A DNA stretch of 53,200 nucleotides, the filler included, from Catajapyx aquilonaris (Eukaryota): the NCBI GenBank assembly GCA_000934665.2. It is 2 parts of 2 records of this genome, joined end to end, with 100 filler letters (N's around TTAATTAATTAA, not from the genome) between each part and the next. Parts side by side here need not be neighbours in the genome. Positions count along the whole stretch, not along the records: positions 1 to 26,621 come from KZ539303.1; positions 26,722 to 53,200 come from JYFJ02005198.1. One strand, written 5' to 3'. Positions 13,845-26,752 of this stretch are shown in pieces. The notes under the pieces were generated by a model that saw only the letters and a program-made list of their open reading frames with translations, ran no database searches and was not told the origin of the DNA. Position numbers and translations under genes: made by a program. The stretch's first letter is position 1, and each line of letters starts with the position of its first letter.

Positions 13845-16800
13845 ATAATTATTAATTTCCACAACTGTACAGTTCCCAATAATAATCCTTCAAAAACTAA
13901 GATCAAAAGTAATAACAAAGACCTTGAGCCTAAGCCTCCAAATATCACAATAATACGCAATAAATACTATCGTTTAATGCAGTCCATGTGACTTACGCCG
14001 CTCCGACTACCATAACACTAAATAATGCGTAACTCCCCACACACTTGAGCTGATATAGGCCATACTCGACGTACCTAATTGATAAATCCAAATGTGCGGC
14101 CATACAGGACAGAGATAGAGTAGGGCGGTCATAGGATTGAATTACGACTTCATTACCACCTCATCAAATCGCCACGGGAGTCCAATCACACAGATTCACT
14201 TGCTATCAGCGTAATAAATATTTCCAACTGGACTTAGGAGCGTGCTAATAAATTTGGGAGAATTTGCAGAGCCCGTTTATTGCTGTAAAAAAACAACAAC
14301 AAACAAACAAATTACAGCGAGAACGGACCATTTATGGGAGGTTGTTGGGATTATTTCATAACGCTGTATTTTTGTCGGGTTGTCGCAGAATGCACCACTA
14401 TACGGTACTGGTAGACAGTCTAGAACTTCATAGCACATCGTTCGCCCTATGACCACGGTGCCTAAACTCTCTAGTAAATATAATTTGAGGCGATGCATTG
14501 GCGTGCTGTGTAATGGAACGTTATGTAGCCATCCAGCAGTACGTTAACATTATAGGTACTTGCACCATCTTAGTGTCGCTATATTTTACGAGGCGAGTGC
14601 ATCACAGAGACATTAGGTCTACACCAGTCTATAAAGGGGGTGGCCTATATAGAGCACATTAACGAAACCTTGTATGACAAACTCTTAATGATAATTAATG
14701 TAATATGCGTTGCGTGCTGCATGTGACGGTAGTTAAAGTCACGTATTAGCTTCTTGCCCATCATTACCACTCTGTTAATTGACCAATCCTAATTACCTGC
14801 TTCCAGCACTCTACGTCTTCACACCGGCCTGCGACACGGACTGGTCAGAGGTGAAAGTGTTAATTTTAGCATTTGTTGGATCTTCCCTAGCAAGTCCCTA
14901 ACCTACGGTTTTCCATCCATAAAAATATAATTTTCATTAAACTTAATTTTCATTTTTTTAAACGTCTCGGTACACTGACATAATATCAGCGTGACGTAAT
15001 TTATGTACGACCCAATAGTTTCGGCGGGCCACAAGACTTAGTCTAATTAGTTGGGTGGTCCCTGTTCAATATTCCGCGCATGTAGGCCACGCACTATGTA
15101 CTGCACCTTGTGATACTTTATGGCCAGCTGATTTGTTGCCCCGCACCGCGGAACAAAGCTGTTACTTGGAATGCTGTTTTTCTGAAAATGGCATTGAATC
15201 AAAGATCCATCCGGGTCTCTTTTGTCTCCGAAACTATTGTTTCTTCCTGGTGGTCGGAAGGTCGCCTTTCAAAATGAGGTCAATGTTATGGTTCTGCGAC
15301 ACAACTACGCCATGTCATAACACCCCCCCCCCCCCTTCCATTCCGCAACAATGCGCCGATAATTTATCGCTCGTGCTCAATTGTTCTGGCGAGTGACATG
15401 CAATTGCCTGGCGAAAATCTGACGGCACGTTTTTTTATCTGATTACAGGTGACACGTAATTTGCACTTACATAAGTCCAGTCCGACCACGCCTCAAAACA
15501 CAGGTGGGAAAATTGACACTCGTTATATTCACGTTAAGCGTGTAGCTAATGATTTAACTACTTATCAGTTCTGGTAGCTAATAATTACCACTTTTTTGAT
15601 CAGATGCACTGTATTCCTGATTGTTGATACCAAATAATCCACACCATTGGGAGTAGGTCAGTTCATTTCTGACCCCGGATTGCCCTATAGGCGTGTACCG
15701 TACGTGTTGCCTCACATCTAAGTCAATCAAACAGTCCATAAAGTCTCCCTGTAAAATCGTACAATACAAGCTGGAATGTTGCCTAACAATACTGTAGTAC
15801 CCCCTCATTCATTTCCGACCTCCCCAGCTCGGACCAAAAATTCCGGGGGCTACAAGTAGCAATTCCAGGTGAGTCTACCTGGCCCTCCGGGGCAGGGGGT
15901 GAATTAGGCTGGCAACAATGGGGGTGAGTTGCGCTTTCCAAGTGGGCCAACACGGTTGCAACCCGCATTCAAACATCTGCCTCCGGGATTCGATTGTAAG
16001 GGTGGTAAGGAGGGTTGAGTCCGGTACTAACAGAGCAGGGGGTAGTTATAAATCTTTCCTCGGGATGGGCCAATTAAAAGTGGACCCTTTGTTTGGTGCA
16101 AAAGCCCTCTCTGCGGGAGTCCAGGTGAGAGTCTTTCCCCTCACCGTTTTTTCCCGCTGCCCCGGAAGGTGTGTCCAGTCTGTTCTCTATGGGTCTGCTT
16201 GTCACTGCCCAGGTTGTAAATACCTGAGTCAATTGCCCCCTGTAATCAGTTCTGGCTCCCGGCTTGATCTACGCACCGGCCCAAAAACAGGTAGTCGACA
16301 AGGGTGGTCAATCCTGGAGATGTGATCATGGCTGCACGCTTTCTGGTTATGCCTGATTTTTGAATCCACCATGGTTATCTAGTGCCTGGCTGGAGGACAA
16401 CTGGGGAGTAATGCACCAGTTGGAGCCACTGCCCTAAAACCAGAGGTGATCGACTTGCTGCGAGGTTAACGGGGTCCTTGCTAATGAATTATGAACTCTC
16501 AGTGAATGTCAGTCATCATGATCGGTTGACATTTTGATGCCAAAATTGCTGAAATGGGCAGCCACGGAAGAAACATTGTATAGTCCCCTGCAAAAAAAGA
16601 TGACTATACATGAGATTCCTGAAAAAAAAAACGCAATTCTTTATTTGAACAGTACAGCCAAAAGTTTGGTTGATGAACGATAAGTGGTGTGAGCAACGTT
16701 GTGACTTTGGAGCACTTGAGCTGAATTACACGCTTCCGTAGCTAAGCCGTGCTGTCTTCCTTCAGGACGACAGCCCCTGGGGCCTCAGGAAGAATCGGCG

Positions 16801-17951
16801 TCACTAATGGGCATAGTTAAGGGGGGGCCGGGGCGTCATCATTAGAAAGAGGTCCTCCCCCCCTCCCGTCTTTCAAGTGCCCTGTTTTCCGTTCCTAGAA
16901 TCGCAGCGGACCCCCCGACGGTAGCGGACAGTTAGACGAGCCCCTTTTGCAAGAAACACACCGAGAAAGAGGGCCTCCAAAAAAAAATGGTAGGAGGGAG
17001 AAACGTCACCACCCCCCAAAACGGAAGGTAATGACAAGGACCTCCCGGTCCTTAACTTTCTCGCTTGAGGCTTGTCACTCGGAGGGGGAGCTTCTTGACC
17101 ACTGCCAAACGCCGCTTGGAAACTACACTTCAGCTCAGCATCACAAGGACGCCAACACCTTTGACTTTTTGCACTTCAAAGAGGAGCACCCAAGGTCTGG
17201 CCATGCTTTTCGTGCCAGACATTGCTGCGAGGGACTTATGTAACGTCCACCCAATCACAAGGATTAAAATGAACAGTACAAAATAGTCTTCTCGTAATGA
17301 TTATAACATATACAGTATTCATTTATTGGTTTGTCGGAAATAGCATAGATACTCTACAGATCACAACACTGCGTGTCAATTTTCGCGGCCAAAAACAAAA
17401 AAAAAGTGGTATTAAATACCGATCATGCAATATTCATTTGTCAAAAAACTCTCACAGGTCAGAAACACCCTGTGTCCATGTTCGTCAAAAACACACAAAA
17501 ATTCCCCCTTCCCCCTCCCCCGATGATTTATTTTGCATGTTATAAGCTAATAACACGTCCCTTCGTGTCAAACACAAAGTTAAATTGGTCCCCCAACGAG
17601 AGAAGCACCCCAAGATGATCCCTGCAGCACTGAAAACGACCATCGGACTTGTCCATATCTATCCAGAGATGAGGAAAGGGTGACGTGAATGTCAAATTTT
17701 ATCACCGCCAATTCTACCCACTCTCACCGGGCCAACGTTTGTTCGCTTTCCTCTCTACGACGCAGCAATGGACAGTCCCGATGCCCATAATCACCGCCGC
17801 CGACACACCGGGGCCTTCCTTCTAGGGTCGCCCACTCACTGTACACTCAGCGTCAATTTATAATCTCACACGAGTTCATACTTCGCACACACGTTTCACA
17901 CTATCACTTCACTCAAGTTATCCTCCAAAAACCACTTCAAATTCGACGGAT

Positions 17952-20900
17952 TTACTGGTTGCAAAATTCTGGGCTCAGATCTGGCCCAGGAGACGGTGGG
18001 TCCTGCGTCCGAGGTAGTCTATTTGGTAAAGGCCCCGTGCCTAAGGGAACTAGTAGACGTGGTGGTATACGCGTGCCTTGATTTCCTGGACCCGCCGGAC
18101 GCAACCGGGGCCGCCCTGGTCCTCTCTTCACCGGATGCGACTGGGACAAGTCAGGAACGGAAGCTGAAACACAACCAGGATCAAATGAGACGGGTGTGAA
18201 CTCATAATATGGCCCCCGAATAACGTCATTCTCTACTTAGCCTTATCAAAGACGACCTCCTTGCAACCACCTACTTAGCTTATTGCATATTAAGGCACTC
18301 CCCACAGAACGCCCGGATTATGGAAAATTTAAAAGCGCCTAGTGAGAGAGAGATGGAGGAATTTCATTTGCATTTCTATCCGTACCATCTCATCAAGCAA
18401 CCATGTTCGCGGCCCTCCCCAGCTATGACGGGGGATAATCCGATAATGGAAGGCCTGGAGAAGCGCATCCCCCCCCCCCCCCCCCCCCCCCCCCCCNNNN
18501 NNNNNNNNNNNNNNNNNNNNNNNNNNNNNNNNNNNNNNNNNNNCCCCCCCCCCCCCCAAAGTGGTATTATATATTCAGAAAAAGAAAAAAAAAGAAGCGG
18601 AAACGCCGCAGAAAAAATCACTTCCTCCAAATACCAACTATTCTGCAGAGTTTATGAATAAAATGGCCGCTGAATCAAAAAAACTACATATCGTGGAATT
18701 GTACCTGATTTATGCGAAAACAGCAACTGCCCGTCGGATCCCCGACTCAGCCCAGAGCCTTGACCTCGCTTTCCAGGGCCCCTGGGCCGCCCTCTTCGTC
18801 CTGATCCCCTCCTGGACTTGGGCCTGCTCGATATCAGGTCCGACATCAGGCTTAAACCTGGCAAACATATATGTGTCAGAAAGCGGTGCGGGGACACTAA
18901 CCACCACCTCAGTCAATACCAGTTCCGTCAAAATTTGTATACGGACCAAAAAAAAAAACAAAAAACCCAAAAAAACACCTACAACACCGATCTACACATC
19001 TCAATTGACATAACCTTTTCCAGTCCCCCATCGGCGCCTCCCAGTGCGTTATACCCGCTCGTAAATCACGTGCCGGTTCGACCAACACAACATCGATACA
19101 ATTGAGCCACCGCACGAAATCGTCCCCTATCCCTTTAAAAAAAATTATTACACGTGTAATTATCCGGAAACGACTTGATTACAAAGAAATCGCGTTCCGT
19201 GTCGTTCAGAGGCGGAATTTGCCAATTTGGCACTACGACCATTAAACCTATCATCACGAATCAAACACTCGACCATTACAACCCCCNCCCCCCCCCCCCC
19301 AATACCCGCCTTAAAAAAAAAAAAACGTTCATTATTTCCACCAAAGCCGCAGCAAACAAAGGACAGACCCCCGAGCAGGTCGTAATTAAAATTAGCGGTA
19401 CGTGGTCGTTCCAAGGCGATTTGCAGCTCGTTTGAACTATACCGGAGGGGACAAACTAGAGTGATTCATCCCCAGTCCTTTCCGCTTCCGCTCAAAAAAT
19501 TGACAGATTTACGGCCTAATCACTCCTCTGCCTTTGATTGATCGATTCTGGATGCGTGTTGTATTACCACCCCCCCCCCCCTTTTTTTTTTGCAAAAATG
19601 CATTGTTCTTTCGTCGGATGCATTTTTGCACGTTGTCAAGCAAAAGCGGGGCTCCGATCATGCACCCGGGTAATGTAAAAACGGCGCTGAAAAATTTTTC
19701 CCTCGACCGCACGAAAATACCGAAGTGCTTGTCTCCAGGCCCCATGCAGTTATCACGCCCCGGTCTTGCTACTGTTTCCCATCAAAGTTGCACACCCCCT
19801 TCCCACGGGGGCCTCCGAAAAAGACTCTCGCACCAAGGAAATTGCCGGTCATGGGAGACTGGACCTGGTGATATCCACGGATTTTTATCTTTCTTTGGAA
19901 ATGGAAAAAAATATATATATACACACAACAACGACTCTAACTACTCTTTTAAGACCTACTACTTCATGCTGATCTACTCGTTGCTCGTGTTTGCAGGCTG
20001 CCTTGAGTGTCAATCTTCCAGCATGCCGTGCACTGTAGCATGTGCTTCGGCACCGCTTGTGTTACACACTTCCAATGCGCCATGCACAGAAAACTCTCGG
20101 CCCGTACCTGGACTGGTGCTTCGTGGTGTTCCAGGTGTGCTGTTGTCGAGGTCTACCACCAGGGAGCCGTCGTTGCTGGTGTCGTCTGGCAGAAACACCA
20201 GGCTGCCAAGAGATATCTGACACGAGGGAAGATCCAGCCCAATCAGAACGTGGTACACCCCAATAGTTGCAATTCTAACTTATCCAAATGGAAGTCATAA
20301 GCAATAATATTTTGTGCACACCAAATCTCACAATCAGTTAAAAATACTCATAATTTGTGGCACCCTATGCTCAAATACTTATGCCCGATTGCACCAACCG
20401 AAATTACCGATCTGATAGCTCCTAATAGATCATTAGGAGCCCTTTTAACATGTCCTAACTATCTCTTAGGAGCTATCGAATCGGTAATTTCGTTGACGCT
20501 ATCAGGAATTAATAATTCTACAGTTTAGTCAAAAAGTGGAAGGTCACAATAAAAAAAAAATCATGGCTACACCTGATTTCTTGAAAAAAAAAAAAAAAAA
20601 CACATTCCAGTGCACTCACCTCACTCTGACTGGGACTGGGACTGGTACTGCCTGGTAGTGAATCTATTCCCAGACATTGTGATGACTCCATCATGCTTAG
20701 AGATTGTGATGAATCTATGCATAGAGATTGTGATGAATCTAAGCCCCGAGTTTGTGATGATTCTATAGATTGTGAACAATCAATTCCCGAAGAGAGTGCT
20801 GTTTCGAGGCCTATAGAGGTTGGCGAATCTATGACTGAAGATTCGGCATCTTGGGATGATGAGAACATTTCTTCAATCTTGATCCTCTTAATCGGGGAGA

Positions 20901-22094
20901 ACGGCTCACTCTTCTGTAATATGAAACAAATGACACCCTCATTATTCTAGTAACATAATGCGTGCACTAATCAATCCTACCCAACGTATTTGTTGAGGGC
21001 ACTGATTTCTGTTCGATCACACACTTCCCGAAATAGCCTTAGACACGTTCCTTCCAGTCTACCTCAGACATGCCACCATGAATTATTTATTCCCCTGCTC
21101 AATGACTTCCAATGCCCTCCACAAAAAAAAGCGCCTCCCCCCTCAATGCACACCGTGAAGTCATGCTCAGATTGCACCTTCTCCCAAGGAATCAGCCCAA
21201 GTAGGCGGGTTTGATCCCACACAATGGACACCAATCTCCTGGGGTGAATTGCGGGCAATCACTTACTCTGAGAGTCAGTTGCTGCTTCCTCTTTCTCTCC
21301 CTCTCCTTGTCTCGAGGCGGCAACTCCAACTTCTCCTCCAGCAGTTTCTTCTCCTCCTGCCGCAGCCGGTCTGAAATAAAAACACCCGCAATTAAGTCAC
21401 CACCCTGTCACACACCCCCCCCCCTCCTCCGACACGACTTACATTTTTTCTCAATCTCTTCGTCATCCAGAAGCAACGACACTACTTCCTTTGGCTTCAG
21501 AGCATCAGGCTTCAAATGGCCCCCACTTATTACCATCCGTTGAATCTGTCAGCAAGAGCACGAATCTGTCAATATGACGAATAGCTCCGAATGACCCCCG
21601 CCCAAGGGCATGACATCCATCTTGCCTCCCTAGCATTCTTTCATCCAGGCACGAGCCTTCTGTCACCACCCCACAATGGACTACAAAGCCAAAATTTCCG
21701 AATGCCCCAAAACGTCAACACTCTTTTACTCTCGTCCACGTCTTCATCCACCCCACCCAGATGGTCCACCGACTTGTTTACCAGCCACGTTTGCGCTCCG
21801 ATTTCACCCCCAAATGAATCCCCCATTGTGGACCATGCTTCTCGGCAACAATCCCCCTGATCGGATCCATTTCCGGGGGGGTGCCCAAAGGGATTTCTCC
21901 CCTTCCCCATGGGACATCACAACAACAACATTTACCTCACTCTTTTCCTGGGCTCTTTGCAGGATCCGCTCCTCTATGGTCCCTTTGCAAATCAACCGGT
22001 ACACGGTCACCTGCTTCGTTTGTCCCAACCGATGTGCACGGTCCATGGCCTGCTGGTCCACTGTCGGATTCCAGTCGCTGTCGTAGAATATCAC
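17952..22094 (-). CDS. INO80: Chromatin-remodelling ATPase INO80, 3' part (7 exons: 22094-21936, 21545-21443, 21370-21267, 20913-20620, 20216-20108, 18857-18705, 18163-17952); 5' exons not found in this contig
   Basis: [53 protein letters not shown] / [34 protein letters not shown] matches the SNF2 helicase-C end and post-helicase segment as recalled for INO80. All introns are GT-AG with consistent phases. The tail has AT-hook-like RRGRPRG and KRGPGRPR; stop TAA at 17954-17952. Confidence 0.93.
18469..18556. other. Assembly gap (47 N, 18497-18543) inside a poly-C tract, in the last INO80 intron
   Basis: N run flanked on both sides by C homopolymer. Confidence 0.95.
20399..20492. repeat. Imperfect inverted repeat (MITE-like) in an INO80 intron
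   Basis: CGAAATTACCGATCTGATAGCTCCTAATAGAT ... ATCTCTTAGGAGCTATCGAATCGGTAATTTCG. Confidence 0.85.
20677..20780 (-). repeat. Coding minisatellite in INO80 exon encoding (D/E)SSQ repeats
   Basis: TTGTGATGA core at 20677, 20704, 20728, 20752 and TTGTGA at 20770 (spacings 27, 24, 24, 18 nt, all multiples of 3). Confidence 0.85.
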
Positions 22095-25000
22095 CTGTAA
22101 AATTCGCCAACACAATCACCGGGGCGCTTCCATTATCGGGGGCTTAAATAATTGATCGGGGACTGCCAGTATGAATAATTGAGCGTCTGAGCAATTTTCC
22201 ATTGCTTTAATTTAGACCCGGGAGCATTCCACCCCTCCTGCCATTGACCACATGCACAGTTCGATAGTCATCAACACAAAAGTTCCACATTAGACATTCC
22301 GTACAGGGTAGCGCTTAAAGGTGCACACTTCGCTTGTGATATTCCCAAGACGGAAATGACCCTACTGAGATCAATTAACATTAACTTTAGATTCGTTATA
22401 CATCTGAACAATCCGGCTCATCAGGGTTGGGAGATGGAATGACCCCTATTACTCATGCGATTATCACCATAATGAAGCCGAAATGATCAAAATAAGCTCC
22501 GGTAATTCCGTCACGGTATATATCGCAAGGAACAGACAATTCCCCAAATCTTTCTCACCACCCCTGTATACTGCCCCCCCCCNTCCATTGGGGAGCCATT
22601 CAGTTCCGCATTTACCCGCGAGTTCATTACAACAGGAAAAAGGACCCAGCCGGGGGATGCGAAAAGCAAATCGAGGGATCCCCGTGTTTGTTCGGCCAAG
22701 TAATGTTTGGTTGGGAACACTTGATTACAGATGGTTACCCCCCTCGTTCCGATAGGTTCCAGCTGCTGTTTTTACCCGCGCGACGAATTAAAAGTGTCTT
22801 GTGGAGAAGGACCACAGTCTCTTTTCTAGCCTACCATGCAAGTCATCTGGATAGGACGGAGGGAAGGAAAGGGGAGAGACTCCCTATACATGTCCCCCTT
22901 ATGTATGACAGTACCCCAGCCTCCTCTCGTCAACCATTCAGCCCTTTCTGCTATTTCGGCCTCCATTGGGCCAGGCCACGGGACTTTTCAAGCGTCAAGG
23001 CCTCCCCAATCAAGTTATTTAGAAGGTGTCCGAGTGTTTGGGCTCCGAGCTGTTGTCGCCCCGACTTGACGGATGTACTCTGCCGGGCAAAAACTCAGGG
23101 ACAAGTCCAACTTTTCCTCCGCCAATGACGCTCCACCCACTACCGAACTTTTTGTCGGTCCTAATACAACTTGTCACCCGTTGTCCCAACCCCCCTAGAA
23201 AACCGGCAGCGTATGTTTCCAGCGGAAGTGCCCGTTCCGGCTGACCTCAGTCACAGGTCCTCTCCGGCTGACCTCAGGATTTGTTTGGGGGGACTAACTG
23301 CAATTGGCCACGTGTCTCCAGCAAAAATGACGCCCACCTGGCCAAACCTTATTCCGCCAACCGCCCTTACGCATTCTTGTACTTGTTCGCCTAATCGACC
23401 ACAACTTGAGCCGGTCCCCTCCCGAAAGGTACACGCTACAAATTGGTCCGCAACAATAGGCGCCCATTGTGCTGGCACCATATGTTTGCTCTGGCTACAC
23501 TTTCTAAAGAGGCCAGTTTGAACAACCCCGCAGAGTAGGGGGCAGATGGCCAAGTGTGTACAGTCTCCGATTGCTCTCCAAGTAATGTGCGCCGGTGTTA
23601 TTATCGCTGTTTAATTTAGGCCGAGGTTGGATGCTATATATGATGGTGGCCACTTGCAACACTGCTGCACGGGGAAAGCCTATAATTAGTGCGCACATGT
23701 GGAATGTGAAAGATGACAACCGGGAATAATGGCCATCTTTCAAACAGGGGGAGTCTCGACACAGGGAAATGCATTCTGTCTCCACAGGATGTGACCAAGA
23801 GTGGCTCCCATTTTTTTTTTTTTAACATCACCCCTTTTGTGCTTCCTTACAGGAGGAAGGTAGGCCATGTTGGAAGGGTCAAGTGACCACGCCTGACAAG
23901 CCCTCCAGCAACAAGTATCTAAAATCCAACTCCCATGTGGTGCTCCAAACATCTAAAAACCCTGACTCAAAAGCTGCTGATCTAGCCATATGGCATGATT
24001 CACTCCCTAGCTAAGCTCATAAACCAACTCTATATCGAAACAGCCCGTTCAAATAATCACGTGGGTTTTGACACTTTGACGAACAGTCTCGAGCTGTCTT
24101 TTGAATCCCAAATCAAAACCCGTATCTCCTACCAGTTACGAATCACGCACTTGCGTGGAAACATTGGGTAGGTGGTGGCAACAACCCTCCCAAAATTCCC
24201 ACCACGCAACCCCATCAAAAATGAGCAACAATCAGAGCAGTTGTTGAATGGAACTCGAGATGAATGAAGGTGGCACCTGATCATAGGGGAGAAATAGAGG
24301 GGGTGATGGTTGACTTTTCTCCCCCCGACACAACTACCCAGATGAGAACGCTGGGTGCGACGTATTGTTCCTCGTGCGTTAATTTTTACCACACCTGGAT
24401 TGGGTCATCCAGGTGGTGCCACACAGTCCGTTTTCAGTGTTTAGTCACGTTTTAATTGTCGATTAAAGCCTCAAAAAGTCACGGTTTTCTTCACCTGCTA
24501 GATTTCTGGACAGATGTGCCATTTTCCGAAACACCCCACTGAGAGTATTAATGAAGTGCGCATATCAATCATCCCTTTCGGGATCAACTATAACTCAGAA
24601 TTAATTTTCAGCAGGGGCTGCAACGAATCTTTTTGTCGCACAAACGTCCAGCTGCTCTATGCCCACCACCTAAAAGAACCTTAAAAAAAAAAAGGTCAAG
24701 CACGCCCAAACATAGTGCAACCCAAAATATGAATCGACAACTCTGGTGAACCGAAACTCGCCAGGAGATTAATTTCTCCCACGTCGATTTTCACACGCCA
24801 GGTACCCAAAATTTTCCGACGATGAGAACAATCGATGGGTGACATGCAACCTCCACTTGCACATTTTCCCTCACGTGCCCCCCAAACCCGGTCACCACCA
24901 TGTGCCTCATGTAAAAAAAAAAAAAAAAAAAAATGTACCTGCAAAATTGCTTATACATATTGCAATCTCCAAGTAGGCGGTTCCGCTTTTTTAAAAAAAT

Positions 25001-26621
25001 GTGCGCATTTAGCAAAAGTCAAAGCCCCCTGTGACCCAAATTGGAAGGTTGGGCGCGTGAATGATCCGCATTATCTACCAATATTGAAGCCCGACATGGA
25101 AGAAAACCTTCTTCCTGGTGGGCCTCAGCCATATGCCAAGTTCCCAGATCGCGACCAATGATAACGGGCTTCCTCATTTTCAACCACAACATGCCCACTT
25201 CACAGCCCTGGCAAACCTCATTTTGGCAGACGGTGGGCGACATTCTGACCTTATGTCCACAGAACGTTGCCCTCTAACCAACTTGGAACCTTTTCCGAAA
25301 CCGGTGGGAAATCATGTACCAGAAATAGTTGTTTCCTCGCACCTAGCACACGGACGCTATATTTGAATACGTTATCATCGGTATCCTGGCACACAACAAT
25401 CCCCAGGATGGCCCTTATGTACGGTGGGTCAGTCTACAATTCAGGATGCGACTATTTCTCTTAATCCAACAATACGCCTCCTTCCTGGCATCGGACTAAT
25501 TTTATTCCCTAAAAATCAGGACCGGTATAACCCCGACTCCCTTTTAAAAAACTTCGGTTATGACATATCCACAGCACCCTAACACAGGCCCTTGTAAATC
25601 AGGGGGGGTAGGGAGAGCGCAATCTGGGCGCCATGTGCAAAATTAAGAGCTTCCTGTATACCTGACAGCTGCCGAGCAGTTAGCTGGCTAGAAAACCTCA
25701 GGGTATGGGGGACCCACATTTTTATCTCCATCCCTTTTTTTAAAAGGAAGGGGGGGACATGGGTGCACCAGTACAACACCAAAGTGTTAGGGACTCCATT
25801 TTTCAAACCCACTAACAAACGTCTTGCAAACTACATCAATCCATCCTATCAATAAACTATATTGCGCACCAGTATGTAAAAAAAACCAAGATAAACCCCC
25901 CTATATGCCACCCATTTTTAAAGACCCCGGCAGCTGACTTTTTAACCTCCTCCATCTGGGCACCCCCACCATTTTTTCTTTCTTTTTCCGAGGGGTAGGT
26001 GGCGTGTCAGAAAAATTTTGAGAGCAGATGCGCTTTTTTTTTTTCGCCCGGTCCAAAAACTCCACTCCAAATTTTCCCTCCCTCATCCAGATACTGTAAA
26101 TGGCCCAGCACATTGCGCATTTACCAACTTTTGTCCAACTGAACCAGAACTGAAAAAAAGAGAAGGGAGGGGGGGGGGGTACAAGAAGGGGTCAGCTCTA
26201 TCTCCGTGATTAATTTAAAGTGGCGGAAGTGGCGTGATTCACGTGAGGCCAATGTCACAACAGTGAATTATGGATTCACTGGGGACGCGTGCTTTTTGTG
26301 CTAACTACGCGGCTTGTTGTTTTTCCCCGGGAAGATGCGGCCAGATATTCGCAAAATATTCGGGGATTTATTTCCTTCATTATCGTTTACGTTTCGGGTG
26401 ATATATTAAAACAGTTGGTGCTGCAATACAAGAAACTGGGTCCCACGGGAGGACACAAAATCGCAGTAATTTGTACCCGGCTGGTGTAGTCATCTGCGAT
26501 GATTTATTGGGACAGGACCTCTCGGAATGTCACAAGGTCCTGGGGTCTTAACTTCTCAACGCCGCTGTAAGTGGCCTCGAGGCGTATGGAGACCAACAGG
26601 TCAGGTCAAGTTACCCCCCCC

Positions 26622-26721
26622 NNNNNNNNNNNNNNNNNNNNNNNNNNNNNNNNNNNNNNNNNNNNTTAATTAATTAANNNNNNNNNNNNNNNNNNNNNNN
26701 NNNNNNNNNNNNNNNNNNNNN
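26622..26721. other. Artificial 100-bp contig-joining spacer with six-frame stop linker
   Basis: 44 N + TTAATTAATTAA (26666-26677; palindromic, TAA in all frames on both strands) + 44 N. Confidence 0.97.

Positions 26722-26747
<26 letters not shown>
26722..26747 (+). repeat. (AG)n microsatellite at contig start
   Basis: Pure AG dinucleotide run directly after the spacer. Confidence 0.95.

Positions 26748-26752
<5 letters not shown>

Noticed and set aside
15578..16480. Possible retroelement remnant
   Set aside because: No RT, endonuclease, RNase H or integrase motif readable in any frame.
19534..20220. 228-aa + strand ORF
   Set aside because: Antisense to an INO80 exon and intron, low complexity, non-ATG start.
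22100..26621. Search for the upstream INO80 exon (expected LLSTRAGGLGINLTAADT)
   Set aside because: Not found; the region is treated as intron truncated by the contig end.
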